A DNA stretch of 63,515 nucleotides, the filler included, from Chiloscyllium plagiosum (taxonomy: Eukaryota), in NCBI RefSeq assembly GCF_004010195.1. It is 5 parts of one record of this genome, joined end to end, with 100 filler letters (N's around TTAATTAATTAA, not from the genome) between each part and the next. Parts side by side here need not be neighbours in the genome. Positions count along the whole stretch, not along the records: positions 1 to 18,365 come from NC_057717.1; positions 18,466 to 37,775 come from NC_057717.1; 3 more parts are not named here. One strand, written 5' to 3'. A model generated the notes under the pieces. It worked only from the letters and a program-made list of their open reading frames with translations, was not told where the DNA came from and did no database searches. Of the stretch, positions 12,340-25,100 are shown in pieces. Numbering within the stretch: the stretch's first letter is position 1; each line of letters begins with the position of its first letter. The position numbers and the translations under genes were made by a program.

Positions 12340-12650
12340 CCTCCTGTTCCTGCGTAACAGGACCCTGGGGACTCACTAGCCTCCAGGTTTTCCTGTGGCA
12401 CAGTTTCGAACAGTTGAGTGACTGCCTCCTGTTCCTGTGTCACAGCCTCGAGCAGTTGAATGACTGCCTCCTGTTCCTGCGTCCCAGTCTCGAGCAGTTG
12501 AATGGCTGCCTCCTGTTCCTGTGTCCCAGTCTCGAGCAGTTGAATGACTGCCTTCTGATCCCAATTCTGTGAAAATAGACGTCCTCCTCCTGTTCCTGTG
12601 TAACAGGCTCCTGCAGCTCTGTGCTCACCTCCTGCTCCTGTGGAATGGAA
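12340..12650 (-). repeat. 42-bp minisatellite
   Basis: Unit CTGCCTCCTGTTCCTGTGTCCCAGTCTCGAGCAGTTGAATGA starts at 12422, 12464 and 12506, with decayed flanking copies. Confidence 0.9.
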
Positions 12651-12849
12651 TTGAGGGACTGAATGCCATCTTTACATTCCTTACACCTTCTCTTGAAAAA
12701 AAGCCATTCTCTTGCTTCTGTAAATCACCATCAAATTCTGAATGATTTATTTTTATATTTTACTCTCATTAATTGAACAAACAAGCTGACTGACAGAATT
12801 CAGAAGCTGAATCGCCTCCTACTCTTCCTGTGTTATGCACTCAAGAGGC

Positions 12850-14920
12850 AATAGGGTCTCAGAGTTGTACAGCACAGAAAAAGATCCTTCCGTCCGGTCG
12901 TCCATGCCGACCAAATATCCTAAATATATCTCGTCCCCCCTGCCAGCACTTGGCCTATCTCCCTCTAAATACCTCCCATGCATGCATCCATCCAAATGCC
13001 TTTTAAATTGTGTAACTGTACCTGCCTCCACCACCTCTTTTGGCTGTTCAATCCATGCAAGCAGCAGTCTCTGTGTGAAAATGTTGTCCCTCATGTCCCT
13101 ATTTAAATATTGTCCCTCACCTTAAACCTTTGTCTTCTAATTCTGATTTCTTCTGGACTCGCCTATTCTGGGAAAAGACGTTGACTGTTTACCTTATATA
13201 TGCCTCTCATGATTTTATATACCTCTTTAAGATCACCCCTCAGCCTCAACACTTGAAAATAGCCTCAGCCTATCCAAACACTCCCTGTAACTCTCACCCT
13301 CCAACACCTGCAACATTCTTTTAAATCTCTTCTGTATATTTTCATGTTTGACATCATCTTTCCGACAGCATGGTGACCAGAATTAAAGGCAATATTACAA
13401 AAGTGGCCAAGCCAATGTCCTGTACAGATGCAACAGATCGAGAAAGTGTTTAGACTCAAAGCACGGAACAATAAAGGGAAGATCACCAAGTGCCTTCTAC
13501 ACTCCGCTGTCTACCTGTGACGGCACTTTCATAGAACAGAGAACCTGCACCTCAAGATGACACAGTAGCTCAGTGACTAGCATTGCTACTTCAAAGCGCA
13601 GCGATCTGGGTTTAACTCCATCCTTGAATGACTGCCTGTGTGGTATTTGCACATTCTCCCCGTGTCTGTGTGACTTTCCTCCGGATGTTATGTTTATCCT
13701 CCGACAGTATAAAGATATATAGATAAGGGTAGATTGGCCATGCTAAATTGCGTAAAGTACCCAGGGATTTGTAGGCGAGGAGGATTAGACGGGGAAAATG
13801 CAGCCTCAGAGGGATAGGGTCGGGGTTTGTCCAGTGGGATTCTGTTTAGAGGTTCGTTGTGGCCTCCATGGGCCGAATAGACTGTTTCCTCACTGTAGGC
13901 ATTCGATAATTTCGATGGAGTTCTCCTTGATTGGCAGCTTTCGACAGGCACCCTACCTATATGTCTTGGCTTGATTTGTCTTGCCAAAATGCAACACCTC
14001 ACATGTAACTAAAATAAAATCCATATGCCACCCCTCGCTTTACCAATGCAAAGTCCCATTGTAGTCTGAGAGATCATTCTTCACTGTCGACTACACCAAC
14101 AAATTTGTTATTATCTACAAACTGACTGACTATACTTCATGCTCAAATGCAAATGGTTTGTATAAGTGACAAAAGGCAGGGGAGCCACTATTGATCTTTG
14201 ATGCACGCCACTGGTCACAGGTCTCCAAGTTTAATGAACTGTCATGCACTGTCTCCAATATTCAAGAAAAGTTTGGATCTAAATGGCGAGCTCTCCTGGA
14301 TTCCAGGCAGTCTAACCTTGCTAACAAGTCTACCATGTAGAACATTTTGGTTTTCTGACTGAATTACATAAAAACAACATTCACTGTCCTGCCTTCATCA
14401 CTTCCTCAAAACATTCCACCGAGTCAGTGAGACGTGATCTCCAATGTAGTTAATCTTTTGCCATTAAAGGATTTGTAGAATTTCTTCAATGCCTTATTAA
14501 CCCTATTTCTAAAGCCATTTCTTGTCCACATTTTTCTGGCCCGACTTCCCCATTGACTATACACTTGCTGTCCTTATATACCTCTCTGGATTCAATTGAT
14601 CTCAGATCTGTTTACCTGACATATGCCTCCTTCCTTACATTGACCAGAGCATCAATATATCTAGCCATCCAGCACTCCCTGCACACACCAACATTGCCCC
14701 TCTCACTAATGGGAACACGTTGACTCTGGACTCTCTGAAACCAAGTTTTGTTGGTCTTCCATTTTCCAACCATCCCTTAACCTGTGAATAGGGTATCCCA
14801 ATCAGCCTTTCACAGGGCTCGCCTAACACTTTCAAAATTGGCCTTGTTAAAAGTTAGAACTTTAATGTTTACATCAGGTCTTTCCTATTCCAAAACAAGT
14901 TTAAAACTAATATTTATGCG
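12850..14920 (-). mobile_element. CR1/HER1-like LINE, degenerate, interrupted by a SINE
   Basis: 3' end homologous to 9025-9700 (FTQR...W...P.EVVEAGT...FKRHLD); RT remnants to about 14430. Confidence 0.8.
13555..13905 (+). mobile_element. HE1-like SINE nested in CR1
   Basis: tRNA-like head, TTGCACATTCTCCCCGTGTCTG core, GATTGGCCATGCTAAATTG and a CR1-like tail. Confidence 0.85.
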
Positions 14921-15849
14921 TTACAGACTTGAAAGTTAAATACACACTTCCTGCCCCTCTGTAACAGGCACGAGAAGCTGAATGGGCTCCTTGTGGGCCT
15001 CTGTAATAGACTGGAGAGGCTGAATGGCCTCCTCCCGTCCCTGTGTAACAGACCCGAGACATTAAATGACACGGCAACCCGTGGATTACGAGCAGCCATT
15101 AAACTGTATCTAATGGAGGTCCATCCCTTCTCAGTTACAGAAACACAACCAACACAATGTACTCCAGGTGCGCTCTCAGTAACATCTCATACAGCTGCAG
15201 CGACACATCTCTTTGTTTTGAATGATTCTGTTGGCAAAATGTGCCAATATTCTAGATTTCCACCTTTTTAAGTAGCAACAGGCTAATATGGGCTGAATGG
15301 CCTTCTGTTATCCCTTTATAAGAGGCCTATAGGGACAGAATTGCTTCGGCCTGTTGCTGACCAGCAGCAGTCTCAATGCTCTGACTCAAGGTTATGAAAC
15401 GATTTGATAACAGGTACTTAAAACCAGGGGTAGCCTAACACAGGTCAATACGTATTATACTTTGGGTTAAGGTATCTAGAAACTTACCCACCGACTTTTT
15501 TATGCAACCGATCTGTTATCTTATAACTGCCTCCTTTCATAAACAGAGTAGAACATATGTAAACCCCTGCAGTGTCCTGTTAATACTCTCATATACAAGT
15601 TTTAAAAAAGGATTTAAAAGATTTAAAGATTTATATTCCATCCCTCAGCAACCCTCATCCATTCCATCCAAACCCAGTAAATGTACCCTTTTATAATGAT
15701 ATGAAAAGTGATGTGTGGAACTGGTTAACTGACCCTGTTGTTCAGTCATGATTTGGAGATACCGGTGTTGAACTGGGTGTACAAAGTTAAAAATCGCACA
15801 TCACCAGGTAAACTGCTGTAAGAATCTGTATTCAAACGTATCTTTGTGC

Positions 15850-16325
15850 CAAGCGGGGAATGCGATAGGTCGATGAAGTTGGGGTTGAAAATGATAGGTG
15901 ATGAACGGAGACAGAACGCCTCATCGACTGCATCCGTTAAACACAATGTGGTCTTCTCTACATTGGAGAGACAGGACGTCAACTTATGGATCGTTTCAGA
16001 GAATATTGCTGGGACAGTCTCATTGACTAACTCCACCATCTTGTGGCTGAACACTTTAACTCCCCTTCCCACTCTACCAAGGACATGAGGGTTCTGGGAC
16101 TGCTCCATCGCCACTCCCTAACCAACAGAAGCCTGGAAGAAGAAAGCCTCATCTTCTGCCTTGGGATCCTCCAACCAGAAGGAATCATGGTTGATTTCAC
16201 CAGATTCCCCACTTCCCCAAACCCCATCTTATCCCAGTCCAACCTTCCAACTCAGCACCGCCCTTTTGAACGTTCCTATGTGTCTACCTTCCATCCCATC
16301 AGCCCCAACTTCATCTACTTATTAG
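15850..16325 (+). mobile_element. Penelope-like element fragment (GIY-YIG endonuclease C-terminus, with an inverted pseudo-LTR piece)
   Basis: LYIGETGRQLMDRFRE near 15955-16005; VAEHFNSPSHS..DMRVLGLLH...LEEESLIFCLGILQPEGIMVDFT. Confidence 0.85.
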
Positions 16326-16329
16326 ATCA

Positions 16330-18365
16330 AAGGAAGCAGTTTCGAAAAATGCCAAGTGTTGTAGTAAGCCAGTGGACTCAGAGAAATGTAAGGCCCAGTA
16401 AAGGATGGCCAAGAAACTGAGAAGAAAATCAAAAACGTAAAGCATGCAAACAAAAGAAAAGCAAAAGCCTGCTAAAAAGCTTCTATTAATGTATGAAACA
16501 AAATCAAAAACACGCTCTCATATGGGACAGTGAGTGTGCAGACAGGATCATTTAATGAAGAGAACATAGAAATCACATGGAAAATGAACAGTTATTTTTG
16601 TGTCCATCTTCAAGGCACAATATCCAGAAATTCTCCCAGAAATACCAAGAGACCATGGGACTTGTGTAAGTAAAGTCAAAGATCATTCATATCAAGAATG
16701 AGGTTGTCTTTGAAAAGATAGCCGGATTGAGTATTGATAAATCTGACAGACCAGAGGTAGTTCATCCAAAAATTTCAGATGAAGCAGCAATAGACATATT
16801 GATTGCATTGCGGATTTTCATGTTATTTTCTGACACATTACTGAAAGGCATTTAGCCAAACTGAATAAGGTGAAAGATATAAATATTATCCAACAGTTTA
16901 AGAAAGGATGAAGATGGAGAGCGGTGAACCACAGGCCGGTTAACTTGTCATTCGCAGTCACGTGTCTGTTGGGGTCAATTACAAAGAACGTGCTGCTGGA
17001 TATATAGAAGGCAGTGGCAAAACCGGGGAGTATGATAACACATCGATGAAATGAAAGCCATAAGTAGCAAACACTTTATGTAATGGTTTGAAGATGATTC
17101 TTGTAGACATAGGCAATGAAGAACCATTGGATAACGTACAGTTGGATATTCATGTGCAATGTTTTAAGAACTCACACAATAAGCTCATAAGAAAAAATAA
17201 AGCGAAAGGTATTGGGAAAAGTATATGTAAACGGAATAGTTAAAATTAGAGTTACATTCATCTGAATGTAATTGCAATATAGAACACGTCGTGCACCAGT
17301 TGCATAGAGTGTTGGTGAGACGAAACTTAAAGTATCGAAAAATGTGTTGCTGGAAAGGCGCAGCAGGTCAAGCCGCAACCAAGTAGCAAGAGAATCGACG
17401 TGCCGGGCAAAATGCACCGTTTCGAGTCCCAATCCAAGATATAATATACTGACGACAGAGGAACTGCAAAAGGTATTATCCATATTAATCCCTAAAATGA
17501 CAAGATTGTCTGATGGGGAAACTCAGCCTGTGATTTTGAGTTTCATAAGGTGATTGTGGTGAAACTTAGAAATATCGAGGAGACTGAACAACAGAGGGAC
17601 ATGGAGAAGTGCAAACTGGCGAGATTAGCGGCATCCCACGATATTCTACACATACAAGTAGAATAGAATAATCAGCCAAATGTTAGTGTCCATACGAAAC
17701 AAAGAGGACAATCTGTGTGAAGCTGCTGAACATTAATAGATTGTTACATGAGACCTTCATATCTGTTTTAGTTGGGAGAAGGAGGAGGCAGGTAGAGAAT
17801 TCGAGAAGATGGACTGGAAAGCTCTCGAACAGATTGATGTAAAATACGAGCATGGATATGAGGCTTTGTCCAGTATAAAATTGGACGAATCCCCTGGTCG
17901 GGATGAGTTGTATCACAGGCTGTTGTCCGGGTCAAATGCGGAAAGACCCTGACTAAAAATTTTAATTAGAAACTGACCATAGGGGAGGTGCCAGAGGACT
18001 GGAGAACAGCTAATACGACTTCACCTCATTGTAAAGGTGGGAGAGATAGATCAGGGAACTATAGACAAGCGATTGTTAGATTATTGTTAGGAAACTACTG
18101 GAGAAAATAGGGAAGGAGAAAACTGAACTCCAGTCAGAGTGGCAAGGTTTGATCAGAGATAACCATCATGACTTTATCAGAGGGAAGTCACATTTATTGA
18201 ATGTGATTGAATTAGTTTGAGGAGGTCGCTTATTTATTTTTCCAACAAGCCTTTGACAAAGCTCCACATGGGAAACTGAAAAATAATGTAGTCTCACAGT
18301 ATCAAGAATAACTTGACAACTTATAACAGAAGTTGGCTTAGTGTCAGGAGACAGAGCGACGTGGG
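16330..18365 (+). mobile_element. Composite of decayed CR1-group LINE fragments, with a short Penelope-derived insert at about 17338-17413
   Basis: PEDWRTAN, YRQ and KAFDK.PH-type motifs; colinear with 59405-61370 on the opposite strand. Confidence 0.75.
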
Positions 18366-18465
18366 NNNNNNNNNNNNNNNNNNNNNNNNNNNNNNNNNNN
18401 NNNNNNNNNTTAATTAATTAANNNNNNNNNNNNNNNNNNNNNNNNNNNNNNNNNNNNNNNNNNNN
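18366..18465. other. Artificial contig spacer N44-TTAATTAATTAA-N44
   Basis: Identical 100-bp spacer four times in the window; the 12-mer is palindromic and gives stop codons in all six frames. Confidence 0.97.
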
Positions 18466-18631
18466 CACTCGATCAACAGTAAATTGATGGAAGATGTCAG
18501 TGCTTTCAAGCAGCACCTGCTCAGCAATAACCTGGTCAATGACGCCCAGTTTGGGCTCCACCAGGGCCACTCAGCTTCTGCTCTCATTTCCTTGGTTCAA
18601 CTATGGACAAAAGAACTGAATTCCAAAGGTG
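18466..18631 (+). mobile_element. Non-LTR retrotransposon RT fragment (same family as 55920-57620)
   Basis: KQHLLSNNLVNDAQFGLHQGHSA; reverse-complement match to about 56030-56192. Confidence 0.8.
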
Positions 18632-19131
18632 NNNNNNNNNNNNNNNNNNNNNNNNNNNNNNNNNNNNNNNNNNNNNNNNNNNNNNNNNNNNNNNNNNNNN
18701 NNNNNNNNNNNNNNNNNNNNNNNNNNNNNNNNNNNNNNNNNNNNNNNNNNNNNNNNNNNNNNNNNNNNNNNNNNNNNNNNNNNNNNNNNNNNNNNNNNNN
18801 NNNNNNNNNNNNNNNNNNNNNNNNNNNNNNNNNNNNNNNNNNNNNNNNNNNNNNNNNNNNNNNNNNNNNNNNNNNNNNNNNNNNNNNNNNNNNNNNNNNN
18901 NNNNNNNNNNNNNNNNNNNNNNNNNNNNNNNNNNNNNNNNNNNNNNNNNNNNNNNNNNNNNNNNNNNNNNNNNNNNNNNNNNNNNNNNNNNNNNNNNNNN
19001 NNNNNNNNNNNNNNNNNNNNNNNNNNNNNNNNNNNNNNNNNNNNNNNNNNNNNNNNNNNNNNNNNNNNNNNNNNNNNNNNNNNNNNNNNNNNNNNNNNNN
19101 NNNNNNNNNNNNNNNNNNNNNNNNNNNNNNN
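18632..19131. other. 500-N assembly gap
   Basis: Run of N. Confidence 0.99.
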
Positions 19132-22100
19132 CACTCCATCACGGTCATCCTGATTCTGTCACACTCACTCCATAACTGGCACACTGACGCACTCACACTC
19201 ACTCCATAACTGTCACCCTGACCCCCTCTCACTCACTCCATCATCGTCACCCTGGCCCCCTCACGCTCACTCCATGAAACTCACCCTGAACCCCTCACAC
19301 TCTCCCCATCACCGTCACCCTGAATCCCTCACACTCACTCCGTCACCGTCACGCTGCCCCCTCAGACTCACTCCATCACCACCACCCTGACTCCCACACA
19401 CTCACTCCATCATCCTCTTCCTGACGCTCTCACACTCTCTCCATCACCCTCACCTTGTCCCACTCACACTCACTCCATCACTGTCACTCTGACCCACTCA
19501 CACTGCATCACACTCAACCTGACAGCCTCACACTCACTCCATCACCGCCACGCTGATCCCCTCACATTCGGTCCATCACCCGCAATCTGAACCCCTCACA
19601 CTCACTCTCTCAATGTCACCCTTACCCCCTCACACTCACTCCATCACCCTCACGCTGACCCCTCACATACACTCCATCACCGTCACGCTGACCCCCTCAC
19701 ACCCACTGCATCTCCGTCACAATGACCCCCTCACACTCAAACCAACACCGCCATGCTGATCCAGTCACACTCACTTCATCACAGTCACCCTGACCCTCTC
19801 ACACTCAGTCCATAACCGTCATACTGACCCCCTCACACTCACGACATCACCCTCAACCTGACCGCCTCACACGCACTACATCACTGTCACACTGAAACCC
19901 TCACACTCACTCCATCACTGTGATGGAGTGAGTGTGAGGGGGTCAGGGTGACGGTGTTGGAGTGAGTGTGACGGGGTCAGTTTGACGGTGATGGAGTGAG
20001 TGTCAGGGGGTGAGGATTTCGGTGATGGATTGATGTGTGAGGGTTTCAGTGTGTCGGTGATGGTGACCATCTCACACTGACTCAATCACTGTCACCCTGA
20101 CCCCCGCACACTCACTCCATCAATGTCACCCTGACCCTCTCAAACTCACACTATTCCCGACACCCTGACACCCTCACACTCACTCCATCACTGCCACCTT
20201 TATCCCCTCACAATCACTCCATTTCCATCACTCTGACCCCTCACACTCCCTCCATCTCCGTCACTCTGACCAATTCACAGTCACTCCATCTCCGTCACCC
20301 AGATCCCCTCACACCGACTCAATTGCCCTTTCACTGACCTGTTCACACTCACTCAGTCACCATCACTCTGACCCCCTCACACTCACTACATCACAATCAG
20401 CATGACCCACTCACACTCACTCCATCACGGTCATCCTGATTCTGTCACACTCACTCCATCACTGCCACACTCACTCCATCACTGTCACGCTGACCCATTC
20501 ACACTTCATTACCCTCACCCTGACAGCCTCACACTTACTCCATCACCGCCACGCTGACTCCCTCACATTCTCTCCATCACCCTGAACCACTCACACTTAC
20601 TTCAACACCGTCACCATGGCCCCCTCACACTCACTTCATCACTGTCGTCCTGACCCCCTGACACTCACTCCATCACCGTTGTCCTGATCCCCTGACACGC
20701 ACTCCATCACCGTCACCCTGAATCCCTCACACTCACTCCATCACCGTTACACTGAACCCCTCACACGCACTCCATCGCCGTCACCACGACACACTCACAC
20801 TCACACCATCAATGTCACCCTGACCCCCTCACACTCACTTCATCACTGTCACCCTGACACTCTCACACTTAAGCCATCACCGTCCCCCTGACCACCTCAC
20901 ACTCATTCCATGATACTGTCCCTGAACCCCTCTCACTCCATCAATGTCGCCCTGATCCACTCACACTCACTCCATCACCGACACACTGAAACCCTCACAC
21001 ATCAATCCATCACCGAAATCCTCACCCCCTGACACACACTCCATCACGGTCACACTGATCCCCTCACACACACTCCATCAACGTCACCGTGAACCCCTCA
21101 CACTCACTCGATCACCGTCACTCTGACCCCTGACACTAACTCGATCACAGTTACACTGAAACACTCACACGCACTCCATCGTCGTCACCCTGACACCGTC
21201 ACACTCACTCCATCAAGGTCGCCCTGACCCGCTCACACTCACTCCTCACTGCCAACTTCACCCCCTCACTCTCAAACCATCTCCGTCAAACTGACCCCGT
21301 CACACTCACTCCAACACCGTCACCCTGACCCCCTCACACTCACTCCATCACTGTCACGCTGACGCCCTCACACTCACTCCATCACTGTCAACCTGACCCA
21401 CTTTCACTCACTCCATCACCGTCACTCTGACCATCTCACACTGACTCAATCACTGTCACCCTGACCCCCGCACACTCACTCCATCAATGTCACCCTGACC
21501 CTCTCAAACTCACACTATTCCCGACACCCTGACACTCTCACACTCACTCCATCACTGCCACCTTTATCCCCTCACAATCACTCCATTTCCATCACTCTGA
21601 CCCCTCACACTCCCTCCATCTCCGTCACTCTGACCAATTCACAGTCACTCCATCTCCGTCACCCAGATCCCCTCACACCGACTCAATTGCCCTTTCACTG
21701 ACCTGTTCACACTCACTCAGTCACCATCACTCTGACCCCCTCACACTCACTACATCACAATCAGCATGACCCACTCACACTCACTCCATCACGGTCATCC
21801 TGATTCTGTCACACTCACTCCATCACTGCCACACTCACTCCATCACTGTCACGCTGACCCATTCACACTTCATTACCCTCACCCTGACAGCCTCACACTT
21901 ACTCCATCACCGCCACGCTGACTCTCTCACATTCTCTCCATCACCCGCACACTGACCCCCTCACACTCACTCTATCAATATCACCATTACCCCCTCACAC
22001 TCACTCCATCACCACCACCCTGACTCCCACACACTCACTCCTTCATCCTCTTCCTGACGCTCTCACACTCTCTCCATCACCCTCACCTTGTCCCCCCACA

Positions 22101-25100
22101 CTCACTCCAACACTGTCACCCTGACCCACTCACACTGCATCACCCTCAAACTGACAGACTCACACTCACTCCATCACCGCAACGCTGACCCCCTCACATT
22201 CGCTCCATCACCCGCAACCTGACCCCATCACACTCACTCTATCAATGTCCCCCATTACACCCTCACACTCACTCCGTCACACTCATGCTGACGCCTCACA
22301 TACAATCCATCACCGTCACAATGACCCCCTCACACTCAAACCAACACCGCCACGCTGATCAAGTCACACTCACTTCATCACAGTCACCCTGACCCTCTCA
22401 CACTCAGTCCATCACCATCATACTGACCCCCTCACACTCACTACATCACCCTCAACCTGACCGCCTCACACGCACTACATCACTGTCACCCTGACCCCAT
22501 CACACTCTCTCCGAACACCATCACCCTGAACCACTCACACTTACTCCAACACTGTCACCCTGGCCCCCTCACACTCACTCCATCACCGTCACCCTGACCA
22601 CCTGACGCTCACTCCATCACCGTCGCACTGAACCCCTGACACACATTCCACCACCGTTACCCTGAATCCCTCACACTTTCACCCTGACCTCCTCCCTCTC
22701 ACTCCATTATTGCCACCCTGACCCCCCTACATGTCACTCCATCAATGTCACCCTGAGCCTCTCAAACTCATACTATCTCCGACACACTGACATCCTAAAA
22801 TTCACTCCATCACTGCCACCCTGTTCCCCTCACAATCACTCCATCTCTGTTACACTGACAGTCTCACACTCACTCCATCTCAATCACACTGATCCCGTCA
22901 CACTCACTTCATCTCCGTCACACTGACCCCTTTACACTGAGTTCATCTCCGTCACCCTGACCCCCTCACACCTACTCCATCACCGTTACACTGACCTGTT
23001 CACACTCACTCAGTCACCATCACTCTGTCCCACTCACTCACTCCATCACAATCAGCCTGACCTTCTCAAACTCACTCCATCATGGACACCCTGATTCCAT
23101 CACACTCACTCAATCACTGTCACACTGACGCCCTCACACTCATTCCATCACCGTCACCCTGACCCCCTCACACTCTCTGCATCACGTAAACCTGACCCAC
23201 TCTCTCTCACCTTCATCACCGTTACACTGACCTGTTCACACTCACTCAGTCACCATCACTCTGACCCCCTCACACTCACTCCATCACAATCAGCGTGACC
23301 CCCTCACACTCACTCCATCACGGTCATCCTGATTCTGTCACACTCACTCCATAACTGTCACATTGACTCACTCACACTCACTCCATCACTGTCACCCTGA
23401 CCCCTTCTCACTCACTCCATCATCGTCACCCTGACCCCCTCACGCTCACTCCATGAAACTCACCCTGAACCCTTCACACTCTCCCCATCACCGTCACCCT
23501 GAACCCCTCACACTCACTCCGTCACCGTCACCCTGCCCCCTCAGACTCACTCCATCACTGCCACACTGACTCCCACACACTCACTCCATCATCCTCTTCC
23601 TGACGCTCTCACACTCTCTCCACCACGCTCACCTTGTCCCCCTCACACTCACTCCATCACTGTCACCCTGACCCACTCACACTGCGTCACCCTCAAACTG
23701 ACAGCCTCACACTCACTCCATCACCGCCACGCTGACCCCCTCACATTCGCTCCATCACCCGCAACCTGAACCCGTCACACTCACACTATCACTGTCAACC
23801 TTACACCCTCACACTCACTCCGTCACACTGACGCTGACCCCTCACATACACTCCATCAGCGTCACGCTGACCCCCTCACACCCACTGCATCTCCGTCACA
23901 ATGACTGCCTCACAGTCAAACCAACACCGCCACGCTGATCCAGTCACACTCAGTTCATCACAGTCACCCTGACCCTCTCACACTCAGTCCATAACCGTCA
24001 TACTGACCCCCTCACACTCACGACATCACCCTCAACCTGACCGCCTCACACGCACTACATCACTGTCACACTGAACCACCAACACTCACTTCCAACACCA
24101 TCACCCTGAACCACTCACGCTTACTCCAACACCGTCACCCTGATCCCCTGACACTCACTCCATCACCGTCGCACTGAACCCCTGACACACATTCCATCAC
24201 CGTCACCCTGAATCCCTCACACTCATTCCATCACCGTCACACTGAACCCCTCACACTCACTCTATCGCCGTCACCATGAAACACTCAAACTCACACCATC
24301 AATGTCATCCTGATCCCCTCACACTCACTTCATCACTGTCACCCTGACACTCTCACACTTAAACCATCACCGTCACCCTGACGACCTCACACCCATTCCA
24401 TGACACTGTCCCTGAACCCCTCACACTACTCTGTCACCACCACCTTGACCCAGTCGCACTCACTCCATCACCGTCGACCTGACCCACTCACACTCACTCT
24501 ATCACACACACACTGAAACCCTCACACTCACTCCATCACCGTTATCCTGACCCACTCACACTCACTCCATCACGGCGACCCTCACCCCCTCAATCTCACA
24601 TCATCTCCGTCACATTGACCCCCTCACACTCGCTCCAACACCATCAACCTGACCCCCCTCACACTCACTCCATCACCGTCTCCATGACAATCTCACACTC
24701 ACTCATCACCATCACTCTGACCCAATCACACTCACTCCAACACCGTCTCCCTGAGTCACTCACACTTACTCCAACGCCGTCACCCTGGCCCCCTCACACT
24801 CACTCCATCACCGTCACTATGACCCCCTGACACTCACTCAATCACCGTCACCCTGAACCTCTCACATTCACTTCATCACCGTCACTCTGACCCCCGACAC
24901 TGACTCCATCACCGTCACCCTGACCCACTGATACTCACTCGATCACCGTCACACTGAATCCCTCACATGCATTCCATCATCCTCACCCTGACAACCTCAC
25001 ACTCACTCCATCAATGTCGCCCTGATCCACTCACACTCACTCCATCACCGACACACTGAAACCCTCACACCTCAATCCATCACCGAAATCCTTACTCCCT

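Noticed and set aside
12376..12628. Repeat proteins (TGTGGSHSTARDWD)n, and (VTEEQQEDIQAFEP)n at 62901-63107
   Set aside because: These are translations of a 42-bp minisatellite that is open in several frames, with no splice or codon evidence.
18484..19232. Long ORFs of 174-241 aa
   Set aside because: They are open only because they cross the 500-N gap.
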